Of a stretch of 64,000 bases of DNA, positions 13,146 through 25,666 are shown piece by piece. Origin of the DNA: Adineta vaga (lineage: Eukaryota > Animalia > Rotifera); contig CP075492.1 of the NCBI GenBank assembly GCA_021613535.1, forward strand, positions 13,082,001 to 13,146,000, in the 5' to 3' direction. The first letter of the stretch is position 1; every line of letters begins with the position of its first letter. The position numbers and the translations under genes are program-made. Below the pieces are notes generated by a model. The model searched no databases. It was not told the origin of the DNA and saw only the letters and a program-made list of their open reading frames with translations.

Positions 13146-16100
13146 TTAAATATTGTTGTCATCACGTAAAGATACTCCAACATCTGAACTAGAGCTAAAG
13201 AAAAAAAATAATATTCATTATCTTTTTGATTATTACACTATTGTTCATTTTTACCGTTCGTTACCAGTATATCTTCTAAAAAATAATGAACATAAATCAT
13301 CTTCCAAAAGAAAATTCATCATAAGAAATATTTACTTTCGAGGAGGTGGAATTGGTTTTTCTGTTTTCTTCGAAGTATTTTTATATCGACGACATCGATA
13401 TATAATAAAAATCATTCCACCAATCATAGTAAGGAATACTATGCCCAAAACAACACCCAAAATTACCCATTTACTTGGGTATCGACTTTTACGTCGTTTA
13501 TCGGATGAATCCGAACGTGGATCTAGAATAAAATGCATAACAAAAGACATGTATTTTGGTTGAATATTTATCTGACAAAAACGACTACTACAGATACTAC
13601 AACTAGAAAACTCAAATTTTTTATACGAAAATGAAAAGATGCACTTGATCTATATGCCAAATCTCTGTCTGCAAGAAAGAATATATCAATACTAGAAACA
13701 AATCAATGGATTAGAATGAAAAAAAAACTTACCAATACGTGATTTACTGGTTTGTTTAGTTATTTTTTGTTCACCAACACCAGCTTCATTGAGTAAACGA
13801 ACAACTATTAAATAGGTTGTATCAGATTGCAATCCTTGTAATTCAAATTCAGTTGCTGATGGTTCAAGTTGAATCGGTGGACTTGTCTGTTCTACAGCAT
13901 TTGGACCTCGAATCTAAAACTTTTTGCATTAGAACACTAATGTTTCGTATTGAATCAATTTACCTTTGCATAAGATATTTCAATTCGTGAAATGGGTGAT
14001 CCTCCATCAGATTCAACAAGCCATTTAATTGCACAAGAATGATCCGCAAGACAAGACATATCTGACGAAAGAATTTTAAATTGTGGAACTTGTCGATCAA
14101 GTGTTTTCAATTGATAAGGTATTGATAGTGAACCTTCTCCAGCACGAGATTTTGCAACAATTTGTATACGATAAGATGTTGCTGGTTGAAGAGATTCAAG
14201 ACGAAGTATTTGAGGTTCATTAGATACAAATGGATATGTTTGTGTTTTGAAAGAATTTGGGATACCATTTTGTTCATACTTAACAAGATATTCAAGTAGT
14301 GGTAAACCACCTAATTCTAATGGTGGTTGAATATTTAGTTGAATAGAATTCGATCGTGGTTTGACTTCAACAACACGAACTTGTCGAGGTGGTTCTGCTA
14401 AACGAAGATTCATCGAATAACGACCAATACGAGGATTAATTGCACGACATTCAAAATTTAAACCAAAATCTTGTTGAGCAGGATTGTACTACAACATCAT
14501 CAATGAATCAATATGAGATAAATGAATTAAAATACTTACTGTTAATTGTGTTTCGTACAGTGTAGGACCAATTTGTCTCGTTAATATATCGATAACTTGT
14601 GGATCATTATCTTGTACAAGTACATGACCACCTTCAGGATCTCTTGGTGTTCGAATCATTTTAACCCATTGAATAGTTGGTTGCGGATAACTATCAAATT
14701 GACATTTCATAATTGCTAAAAAAAGAATAGAGTATATTTTCTATTAACAAGAAAGAGAGAAGATTGTTTCTACCGCGATAATTTGGAACACTATAAATAA
14801 CAGGAATATCTGCTCCAATAAAGACAGGTCGATCTAAAATTAAGATATGATATAGATGAGATTGATTCGAATTCTTTTTTTGTCGTTACATTCAACAGCA
14901 AGAGTAGCAATGGTTGTACTAATATCAGCAAGATTTTTTGCTACACATGTATAATTGCCATGATGTTCACGACGTACAGGTTCAAAACGTAATTCAACAA
15001 AACGATTTAATGCTAATTGTGTAACATCAATTGAAATACCATTGATTGGCTATTGCATAAGAAAAACAATTCAAATCAGTTTATTGTTTTAATTTTACCT
15101 GTAATGGAGTACCATCGACAAGTACCCATTCTAAACTAAGACTATCTGCTGATCCACGTAAAACACGACATTGAAAAACAACTCGTTGTGGTGGAGTATT
15201 TTCATCAAGATTAACTTTAATTGGTGGTATGGGTGCCAATCGAGGTGGCACTAAAAATATTGTTTTTAATCATATACTATCAAATTCATACTTTTCAACT
15301 TTATTCTTACCTATAACATTCAACATATATTCTGCTCGTTGTCCACGTCGATCATAATCATTAAATGCTTGACATGAATATCGACCATTATCAGTTTCAT
15401 CAACATAATTGATTACTAAAGTATTTCCACGAACAACAAATTTCGATATACCATTTGCACCAATTGGAACATCCTATTCAATCATTCAAAGGAATTATAT
15501 TTCAACAAAATTTTCATCAAATTAACCTGTCCATAAAACCACATGAATTGTGGTGGTGGCATTCCACCTGCTTCACAAACCAATGTTGCTGTTTGTTTTT
15601 CGACAGCACATGGTGCTGCACAAACAATTCTCGGTGGTGTGATACCCTCTATAATATATATTGTTTCTTTTTCTTCCTCAATGATGAATAGTGAAACTTA
15701 CGAGCAATAACAACTTGAATAGGATAATCTTTTGATTCTCCTGTTTCAAGTACATCGGCCTGACACCAAAATACATCATTGTCTGCTAATGTAACACGAA
15801 GAATCTTTAATCCATCATTACTTCGTTCATAATTTGATGAAGTCAAACGAGTTTTATCTCGACCTTTAAACCAAGTGACTTCGGCCGATGGATTCGCTAA
15901 CACTCGACATTTAATAATTATTGCAGAATTTAATTCCGCATATTGAATTGGATCACCAAAAAATGTAATCGGAACTGAAGAAACGAGCAAATATTCAATC
16001 AATCAATCAATAGTAAACAATGATCTAACACAAAGGATTATTCTACCTTTAACATTAATTTGTAAAGTACGTGATAACGGTCGTCCCTCTTGATCAGATC

Positions 16101-16535
16101 CTAAACATTCCCATATTCCTTGATCAGTTCGTGTTAAATTTCTTATACGTAATCGTAATCCATATGTCTGACGTTCGACTGTTACTCTATAGACAAAATA
16201 ATTAGAATTTTCAATCTTGAACACATTATTTATTTACCTTGCAGTATCATCTTCTGCAATATCAATTTGTAATGGAGATCTCCAAGTGGCTATGAAAGAA
16301 TAATATCAAATTTCGATTGAATATAAACAATAATACTGACCAACTCGAGTGTTTGGTTGTCCTGTACATGAAGCAACAAAGGATTTAAATTGATCACGTA
16401 AGACAATCGATTCCGATGGTTTAATAACCAATTGACCAAATGAAAGATTGATTAACGAAATAACTAAAAAGCAATGTTGAATTCGATAAGACGAAAAGAG
16501 AAGATTAACTTACGTAAGATAATTGAAATGAACAT
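13146..16535 (-). CDS. Fasciclin-2/NCAM-like cell adhesion molecule (signal peptide, Ig domains, 2 FN3), with alternative GPI or TM C-terminus
   Basis: Signal peptide MFISIILLISLINLSFG; Ig motifs DQGIWEC, DNDVFWC, DNGRYSC, HHGNYTC; FN3 motifs LGGLPLLEYLVKY and LQPATSYRIQIVA; two alternative 3' ends (see findings). Confidence 0.85.
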
Positions 16536-18433
16536 TTGTTTTTCGTTTTTTTTTAAAAATCGTATCTGACAATTATCAAACGTGCCTAAAATTATACGTA
16601 TGTAAATCATCAAGGTTTACGAGATGATCATGAGATTCATATTCAATTATTGTTAGTCAGAAACTTCATAAGAGCAAAAGAAAAGTTCAAGGAAACATGT
16701 TACTTATCTATATCAGAAAAGTACATTTAAATATTCTTTTTTTTTTGTTAGAACGAGAGATTCCTTTCAACAGTTATGTAATGGACAACATCTGAGGCGT
16801 GATTTTACAAGAAACCTAAATGTACTCATCTGTAAGAGTACTCATCTGTTATATGTATTCTCAATGCCTAAGAACAATTATTGGAATGGTTGATTAATAA
16901 CTTAATGGATAGTATGTTCTACATGAAGTGGATTCTTTACAAAGAAGTGAGTCTGAAAAGTTGAATGGAATAATTGTTGGACAGATGCTTTACTTTCTCA
17001 TCATCCACGTACCTTTAAGTTTTTTAATCGATTAATAAATTCTATTTATGAAGAACTCAATCTCTTCTCCTTCGTCTTCATCTTCATCCGTGAATCGTGT
17101 TTATTCAACAAATACATGTCCGTCGATCGTTCTCTATCTTTCTCTATCACCGAGCCAGGTCAACAAACGCGTGTACACAACATCATTAAAACTCTGATTT
17201 GTATTTAATTTTACACATATTAGATCGCTAAGCTATACAACATTCGAACGAAAAGAATTGAAGTAATGTTTATATATCTCCTATATTGCATTTCTTCTCG
17301 AAATAAATATGCTGGTCAACATTTGTTTTTACTTACTATGATAGAAATGATGTCGTTAGTCTCTCTTTCGTTGTTGTTATTTTATGCATATGACCTCGGC
17401 TTCGACACTCGTAAAATTCAATCTTTCTTTCTTCCTTTCTGTCTCCTTTTTTCTTCTTCTTTCTTTCCTTCGTTCTTCTGTCAATATAAGTATACACTTC
17501 TACTCATTTTTTCTCTTACCTTCATCGAACAACGATAACATACATGATGAATAAAGAAAGAAAAAAAAAGGAAAGAAAGAAAGAAAGAAAGAAACGAATA
17601 TCAATCAATGAGAGTTTTCAAAATGATACAGAAAGGCTGTTAATAACGAAATAGTATTCTGAAACTACTAACTGCCCAAATTGTTGTTAGACCACCTCAG
17701 TTTAAAAAATGATTTCTCATACAATAATTGTCAAATTCTTGTGCGATGACAGATTTCTTTTGAGTGATAAAGAATTCGATCCACATCTGTTCAACAAGGT
17801 TATTATCAAGAAAACGGTTAAAATGAAATGTTCACTGCTTAGTCATCAACACTCATAGGTTTCAAATTTTCATGCTTCTTGACTAGTTGAATAATAAACC
17901 ATCGAGTTCAAATTGAAGATCATTTGCATGACCAGAATTGAATAATCAACAGAAGATTGCATAGAAAAAAAGACATTTTGTATATTCAAACAATGTATAG
18001 CATGCCTTTATATACTTGATAAAAGTGTCCACAATACAATGTCATTTCAATTAATTAATCTCTTTTTTTTATGAACACAGCAATTGGGACTATAATCAAT
18101 TTTTTTGTATTTTTTGTTTTGAAGAAGACATATATCTCAGATACAATGAAAACGCCATTTCTTCAAGTTTAGACCGCACCTTTCTTGTTAAAACAAATTG
18201 GGATAATTAAAATACGTCAATAACTAAGATTTGTTTGAAAAATGATCTCTAATATAATATATCTCGATGAAATAAGAAATCTTATATTGGTATAGAAGAT
18301 ATTGAAGATAAAGTTAGGTTCAAAGAAATATGCTATGCTCAAAAAGAAAAAAATTCGGAAATGAGAAGATTCGTTTGAAGTTTTCGAGTATGTGTAATAC
18401 ATGATATAATGTATGATTTTTTTAAGCCATATA

Positions 18434-18725
18434 TCAATGATTTGTTGGTTTTGGATACTTCTCAGTTTTTGCGTAACAATGATGCGTATTCATGGAACAT
18501 TCAGCATTGGATCCACAGTCACGTCGAGTTCTACAAGTACATGCTCCTGATCTCCACTATTTTCCACAGTCATCCACACCTTTGTCATATCAGCAATACC
18601 TAGAACAACATTCTCCTAAAGGGCATCCTTTTGTAGCACATGTACCATTCCTACGTTTACCAGTGAGAATACGCTTGTTGAATAATAACTATAAACTAGA
18701 GGAGAAAGCATGTCCATTTGTACAT
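18434..18725 (-). pseudogene. Decayed secreted hevein/chitin-binding type-1 (CBM18)-like gene
   Basis: The minus strand reads MYKWTCFLL*FIVIIQQAYS, then after a frameshift GKRRNGTCATKGCPLGECCSRYC*YDKGVDDCGK*WRSGACTCRTRRDCGSNAECSMNTHHCY. This matches the C-x4-C-x4-CCS-xY Cys pattern. Confidence 0.55.
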
Positions 18726-19538
18726 AATAAATGCAATGCTTATTATCTTGAATATTACAAAACGGAAATCAATATCTAACTGAGTGGAAAAAAATTCATT
18801 TCTATACTATATGTATTTGAGAGAAGTATCTAGACGGATCAATCGAGTAAGCAATCTTCTCATCAAAACGAGAGAGAGAGTAATTTATTAAGTAATTGTG
18901 TATGTGCTAAAAATAAGAATTAATTTTGGAGATGATTGACTAATTATATATACAAGTTCGTCATTGATTTAAATCATAATTATTACATTCATTTGACACT
19001 TTCACAATATAAAAAAAACAACGGACAATATTGACCATTTGTACATTCAATTAAAATACGGGAGAATAATAATGATGTCAGATCATTTTGTTACATCTAT
19101 GAGGTAAGGTATACTCATCGCAATACTATTCTATTGGAAAGATGATGATGATGATGAAAAGCCCCCATTATTAACTCTGTATCTATCATAGTGAAGAGAT
19201 CTGAATACTTATTAAACCGAAACAGATCCGAAACATTGGAAAACATGTTCTGATCAACAATTGTAAAAGTTAACAGTGCCAACTAAAATCCAATAGGATA
19301 TATTCCTTATAACAAACAACTGATCTATATTTCTCTCGGCAAAATGTGTCTGTGTACGAAAAGAACATCTTCACAATATCTGTATATAGGCACATTCATA
19401 TCTTGAATTGTATGAGAAATAAATATACGAAAAGAACAAAATTTTCTTTCTATAAAAATATAAAGCCCTAGTTAAATATCAATAAAAAAACCGATCAAAT
19501 CAAAGTTCGAAAAAAGTCAGCTGGAATATGTAAAACGA

Positions 19539-21485
19539 TTATATCCTCAAAGTGCCCATTACAAGAAAGATAAACATGAATATCACTGGTTCGACTATTG
19601 TCGAAGATGAAATAAGGAGTGGAGATATCTTGTGAGACATTTGCGTTCGTCTTCCACATAAGGTAAACATTTCAGGTGGTGATTGAATTAATCCTTCATA
19701 ACGTCCATTTCGTTCTACAGAAAAAACAAGAGCCATACCTGGCCAGATATGCCATTCCATATGACAATGTAAAAACCATGGACCTGGATTCGTTGCAGTA
19801 AATCGAAAAACAATATAACTTTCACGTGGAATATTAAATGAATCACCCATACTAAGAACGGGTGGTGTTGAATTCAATGCTGGTAAAATACTAGCATAAT
19901 CAAATTTATGAATATCTCGTCTTGTTCGATTACATGTTGCTGGTTGTAAACTTGGTATTTTTCCAGCCGCAATAAAATCAACTGAATAACCATGTAAATG
20001 CCATGGATGTAATTGAGGATCATAATTAATCATTAAAATTTCATAAGTTTGACCGTATTCCAAATGTTGAATATGAGTCGCATGCCTATTGTTGACACGA
20101 CCAGATCGTTCATCAGCTATGCAATTTTGAAATGTACCATCGAGAAAATTAGCATGAAGTATGGGTTCTTTTGGAGGTTCGAAAGTGATACCGTTGACAG
20201 TCCATTCTTCTAAAGCATCAACGTACGAACGATTATCCCAATGAACTTCGAACTCGAGTTTAATACGACGAATAGCAACAGGTGCAAAACGAGATTTAAC
20301 TGGTTTTAAAAACTTATATTCAAAAAATGAATCATCAGCATCAACAATTGGTTCTTCTATCGATTGAATTGCACGACTATGAATAGAAATATTTGAATAG
20401 GTTAGTAATGCCCATGTCCACATCATTGGCGTCTGTCCAGTCATATTTTTCGTTGGTAAATAACTATTTCGACTAGCAACAAAGATTGTATATTTTAATC
20501 TCGCATCTTGACTACAATTTACAATTAAATCAAGTCTTTGCCCAATAGCAATATGTACATGTGGCACAGTTATAGGTAGAATTTCAATACTATCTCGAGC
20601 AACAATCGTAAAATTATGTTCATCAATCCAGAATCGAAATGGAATACCACTAGCAGCATTGATTAATCGAAGACGAACTAATTTACCGGATGGACATAGA
20701 AATTCATCGATTGGATGTGCATCAGGATTACAATCACCAAGAAAAGGTGCACGTAATGGTACACATTGACTTGGATGTCGACGACCACAAGTATCACGCC
20801 AAGTATTAGCTTCCGTACAATTCGATATTCGACAATCGAAACGACCATGACCATTAATCAAGAAAGAAGTAGGTGGCCATGGATAAATCGGTGCACTACC
20901 ACGATATGCATCATATGGTCCTTGATATGCAGTCATTAGGTCAGGCCATGTCTCATGGTACCATTCTTGTAACATAATCACATAATCATGCGAACCATAA
21001 TCATATTGCTGTTCAATACTATCATGATCAAGTATGATAGGACCAATTAACCCATCAGCATATTGTTGTGCATTATGTGAATGATACCAAAACGTTCCTG
21101 TTTGCGTTATATTAAATTCATAAATAAAGCTTTCATGTGGATGGATGGGACATTGAGTAATATGTACAGTTCCATCAGCCCATGGATTATTTAACATGTG
21201 AAGACCGTGAAAATGAATAGCTGTTGACTGATCACGTAGCATATTAGTCACATGAATACGAAGTCGATCGCCGAGTTTAGCCCGAATGAGAGGACCAGGA
21301 AATGGCCGATCAATATTCCACGAGGAATTGGCATGATGCATAATAATAACAGGTCGTGGATATCCATCTGGATTTGCTGGAATACTACGAATGATGAAAT
21401 CATATTCAACAAGTGCACATTGAATCAAAGAATTCCGACAACAAAGGTAAAAGAGTAAAATGAACTGAATGGAAATATGATACAT
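19539..21485 (-). CDS. Multicopper oxidase (laccase/ascorbate-oxidase-like), intronless, signal peptide and hydrophobic C-tail
   Basis: All four copper motifs are present: HFHG, WYHSH, HPWHLHG, HCHMEWHIWPGM. Single 648-aa ORF. Confidence 0.95.
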   Translation of the reverse strand: MYHISIQFILLFYLCCRNSLIQCALVEYDFIIRSIPANPDGYPRPVIIMHHANSSWNIDRPFPGPLIRAKLGDRLRIHVTNMLRDQSTAIHFHGLHMLNNPWADGTVHITQCPIHPHESFIYEFNITQTGTFWYHSHNAQQYADGLIGPIILDHDSIEQQYDYGSHDYVIMLQEWYHETWPDLMTAYQGPYDAYRGSAPIYPWPPTSFLINGHGRFDCRISNCTEANTWRDTCGRRHPSQCVPLRAPFLGDCNPDAHPIDEFLCPSGKLVRLRLINAASGIPFRFWIDEHNFTIVARDSIEILPITVPHVHIAIGQRLDLIVNCSQDARLKYTIFVASRNSYLPTKNMTGQTPMMWTWALLTYSNISIHSRAIQSIEEPIVDADDSFFEYKFLKPVKSRFAPVAIRRIKLEFEVHWDNRSYVDALEEWTVNGITFEPPKEPILHANFLDGTFQNCIADERSGRVNNRHATHIQHLEYGQTYEILMINYDPQLHPWHLHGYSVDFIAAGKIPSLQPATCNRTRRDIHKFDYASILPALNSTPPVLSMGDSFNIPRESYIVFRFTATNPGPWFLHCHMEWHIWPGMALVFSVERNGRYEGLIQSPPEMFTLCGRRTQMSHKISPLLISSSTIVEPVIFMFIFLVMGTLRI

Positions 21486-22136
21486 AACGATAAGATATCT
21501 AACAGGAAATTGAATAAGTAGTCAGTTAACTTGATCATTTATTCTTTTATAGTCTGATATATGCCTGCGTATATGCCATTGAGAAAAAGGGCGTCGTTTA
21601 ATCCTATTATCCTTATTAATCATCAATGAAGGATTAAAATACCATTAAAGTACAAAACATAAGCAGATCGAAAGTATATTTATTATGAAAGTTGTTGTAT
21701 ATACAGGATTTTTCCTCGTTAGAAAATCAATAAATAGAAGTATTTGATATATTTCATTTTCCTTGGTTTCTAGGTTATGTTTTATTAAAGACATAAGAAA
21801 AGTTTTGAATTACAGAAGTGTTATAATACAAATTACTCATGAGTAAGAATGACTCATTATCAAAACTCTATCGTCATTGTCGATTATACGAGTAGAAAAA
21901 AACAGAACGAACAAATTTGTATTGTGAATAAAAGAAAATCTGACATCTATAAACAACGTAAGAGAAAAACGTGCATTTTTTTCTGCTTTTACATCCAGAT
22001 AAGCATATTTAGTGTACATGCTGTATTCTATTTCTACTTTGCTTTTTTTATGAAAATGGCTCGTTAATGATGTAACTCACTCGATACTTTTAGATTAAGA
22101 AGAAAACAGTCATTTATTTTCTGCCGATCATAAACT

Positions 22137-23796
22137 ATGGCGTCATTTAAAAGACTATTTAAAAACAATACTAGTGCAGCAAATATTCCGAGCCGAAAAC
22201 CACCAAAACTTACTTGGCAACATTCATGGCCATTGGATCAAACAGCAAATGCTTTAGTTGATTCTTCTTTTCGACTTCTCCCACCCGAAGTACTGTTACA
22301 GATTTTCAAAGGTTTATCAGTGCATGATTTGGGTAATGTTGCATTGGTTTGTCGAACATTTAAAATGATTGTTGATCAAGATGATATATGGAAAACGAAA
22401 TGCAATTGTAAGTCGTGCTGTATTCTGTTGTATAGTTTGATTATTGTTTGAAATTCGTAGCATCAACAAAAATACAATCGAAATCTTTTAAAGAAATATA
22501 TATGGATTGGATGTATGAGAAATATTTGCGAAACATTGAATTAGAAGAAGTTGAAGCTCATTATTTTATAGAAAGTTCACATGTTGCCTGTGGAATGCGA
22601 TGTGGACCACCTCAGTATCCTATTCGACAAAATGGCATACATGATTTCGCAGCTATCGGTGAATTTAAACAACATCCAAATGAATCGAGTGATATGTAAG
22701 TTCTATATTTTGATCTTTCTCGAACGTTTGTTTATTTTATTTAGGACAATTACACTGTCCGTCAATCTTGATAAAACAGCATGCGAACTTATTTCATTGT
22801 TACAAAAGGCAACACCATTTCAAGATAAATGGCGTGAATCATCTGTGATTAAACAAATGATTACTCGTTATTATCGTTTCATGCAACTCAAAGCTGCATC
22901 ACCGAATAATCTTTTACTTGTTCCAACACTAGATATTGAAATCATTTGGCAAACTCATCTTCTTCGACCAACAATGTATCGGGATGATTGTATGAGATTG
23001 TTTCATCGCGTGATTGATCATAGTTTGTTAACCAATGATGTAGAACAATTCTTAAAAGAACAAGCATTTATTGAAACTTGTAAATTATATGAAGAACGAT
23101 TTGGTGAACAATATTGTCCATTACCTGAAAATAAGAAAGACAAAAAAGCTCCTCCGAGATATGTTCATCGTCTATTTGATTCATTAAAATGTCTGATTCC
23201 AGAGTATACCTATTGGGATGAAACACATTTTCAATTTCAATCTTCATCAATAGCTAATCATGATGATAATCCATTTTCATTTACGGAAGCTGATATTATT
23301 CTAGACGGAAATTGGCTTAGTTTATGTCAGAAATTTATGACAGAAATGCAAGAAAAAGTTAACTTTCGAGGGCATTATGATCCGTATGAGGGTCGTATTA
23401 ATATAGGAGCAGGAATGTTGAAACGATTAAAAAAATCTTATGAACGATTTTTATACATGGCAACGAAATATCCACCTTCAAGTGGTTATAAATTTATTCA
23501 TCCTACCTATGCTGTAAGATGATTTTTATTTGAAAATAACATATATCTATATATCTATTTAGATTGATATTATTTGGCATTCACATATGCAAGAACCATT
23601 GAAATATGTTTCTGATTGTCTACGTCTTGTTGGTTATGTTATTGATCATGCACCATGGCCATCGGTTGATGCAAATAAAATGAAAACTTCTTGTGATGAT
23701 ACAACAAAAGCATGGAAAAAAGAATTCGATAGTGATATGTACACAGATCATCTCTATAATACTAAGGATAACATTAGTGATTATTATGATTATTAA
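22137..23796 (+). CDS. F-box protein with two glycine-rich-domain-protein (GRDP/DUF1399-like) repeats, 4 exons
   Basis: F-box LLPPEVLLQIFKGLSVHDLGNVALVCRTF; repeats YYRFMQL...LVPTLDIEIIWQTHLLRPTMYRDDC and YERFLYM...IHPTYAIDIIWHSHMQEPLKYVSDC. Introns at 22408-22460, 22696-22744 and 23514-23562 keep the frame. Confidence 0.8.
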
Positions 23797-24220
23797 CATA
23801 TTTTCATAAAGACAATTCAGTTTTACTTTTTAATTGAATAAAAATATTCATGAATTCAAAATTAAATCCAGGTCATATTTATATGTATGACTATACAAAA
23901 AAAAGTGAAAATCTGTTCGAGTTATACTAATATTATTTTTTTTTTGTTATGCTGTAATTCAAGCAGAAAATGACAAGACGTAAGATGTTATTTCTGATGT
24001 GATAGAAAAATTTGCGTCATAGATGCAATCATAATTATTTTTCAGTACAAAAAATATAGAATATGACGTTTTTGTGTTTAAGGATATTCGATGATCAATC
24101 TATTCATATCTCTTTGATTCTATTATTCTAAACAAAACATATATAAAAAAGAATTCAGTAAATATGAACCAAAGATTAATTCAAAGTCTCAATGTTTGTT
24201 TGTTCTGATTTCGTCTTCAT

Positions 24221-24972
24221 TTATGAATCATTAATATCTGTTGCCATTTGAACTCGAACAGCCAATTGTCGTAGAAGACTTTCAGCAGTTTGAACAACAT
24301 CCGATGCATTGTTATTATCTGGAACAATATATTCCAAAACACCATTAACTTCTAAGGCAATACATTCTTGTCCCCATTCGATACATTTGCTTTTAATTGC
24401 ATCTCGAATATTTTGTTCATTTTCTGACCATTTGTTTTTTGTGCAAAATGTTTCAACCGATGTAACTGTTACTTGAATTAATTCATCATTATGTACTAGA
24501 TAAGAACTTTGTTTTGCTGGATATACCGTGCAACCACCGCATGTTTTGCAAAGTAAATTTTGAAATGAAGCTAAAAAACAATAGATTTCGTTTGATAGAT
24601 TTATGATTTCTCAGAAATTTAATTACCGAGACGAGTATTAAAATCCGACGTAGTAGTAGGACTATTCATCGGATTTGTCGATGGAATAACAATACGAAGA
24701 CGAACACCTGCTTTATTAGCATCCGAATCAGCTAAGAATAATAACCAACTAACTTCATCCAAAGATAAATTTCCAGTATTATCTTTATCACAATATTTAA
24801 ACATGGTTTCAATTTGTTCGTCATTAAAACCCAACTTAAATCGTTTTGAATGTGCTTTCAATTCATCCAATGTCACTGTTCCATCATTATTCACATTGAC
24901 TTTACCTTTTTTTGATGTTTTCGTTTTGACTTTTTTTCCTGATGTATCACCTTTATTAGCTGCATTACCCAT
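24221..24972 (-). CDS. Probably N-myristoylated EF-hand protein fused to a small PII/DUF3574-like domain, 2 exons
   Basis: MGNAANK start; EF loops NVNNDGTVTLDE and DKDNTGNLSLDE; intron 24571-24626; exon 2 reads ASFQNLLCKTCGGCTVYPAKQ...EWGQECIALEVNGVLEYI...INDS*. Confidence 0.75.
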
Positions 24973-25666
24973 GATAACAACGGATTATGTTAGTCTTAAT
25001 GCCAAGTAGAAGAAGAAAAAAACGATCGAAAAAGAGCAAGTATAATTAAATGTTTACTTATATATATATATATATATATGTCTATATATATGTGAATGCA
25101 AATTAGTTTGCTTTTTACATTTGCAACGCAATGAATCGGAACATATTCATCTATCAATTGACATCATCAGAGCAAGAGAGGGAGAGAGAGAGAGAAACGT
25201 GATGGAAACCAAATTATACAAGATTTCAATATATGTATACATGTTTTTCTGTCGAATATGACCGAATATATCAATGTTTTTTCGGTAACGTACGAAACCT
25301 ACCAATATAATTATATAGTTCACACTTGTTATTTTATCTCTCGATATTAAAGCAATCTGTAGAAGAGGAAAAGAAAAAAAAATATTTCGCGATTGAATAG
25401 ATTGTAATTAATGATGCGTTCATGTCAATCGTCAATATATTCGGAACCGTTTTGCTTAATATCGATCAATTAGTTACCGTAACGAAGTTGTGAATGATCG
25501 TTACCGCAGTAGTTTTAGGTGAAAATATGTGATGTCGTATACGACAATAAATCATAAGAATATCCATACATTTAATATAAAGATGAAAGTTTTGTTTAAA
25601 TTCTATTTCATATGTTTATTTTTCGAATGAATTAAGTACAAATTAAAAAATTCATCTGTTTTTTGT

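Noticed and set aside
17555-17595. (AAAG)n and other microsatellites ((GA)n near 8730 and 61170, (TA)n near 25060)
   Set aside because: Ordinary simple repeats with no evidence of function.
18409-18779. Two plus-strand ORFs (64 and 95 aa)
   Set aside because: They are more likely shadows of the minus-strand Cys-rich pseudogene.
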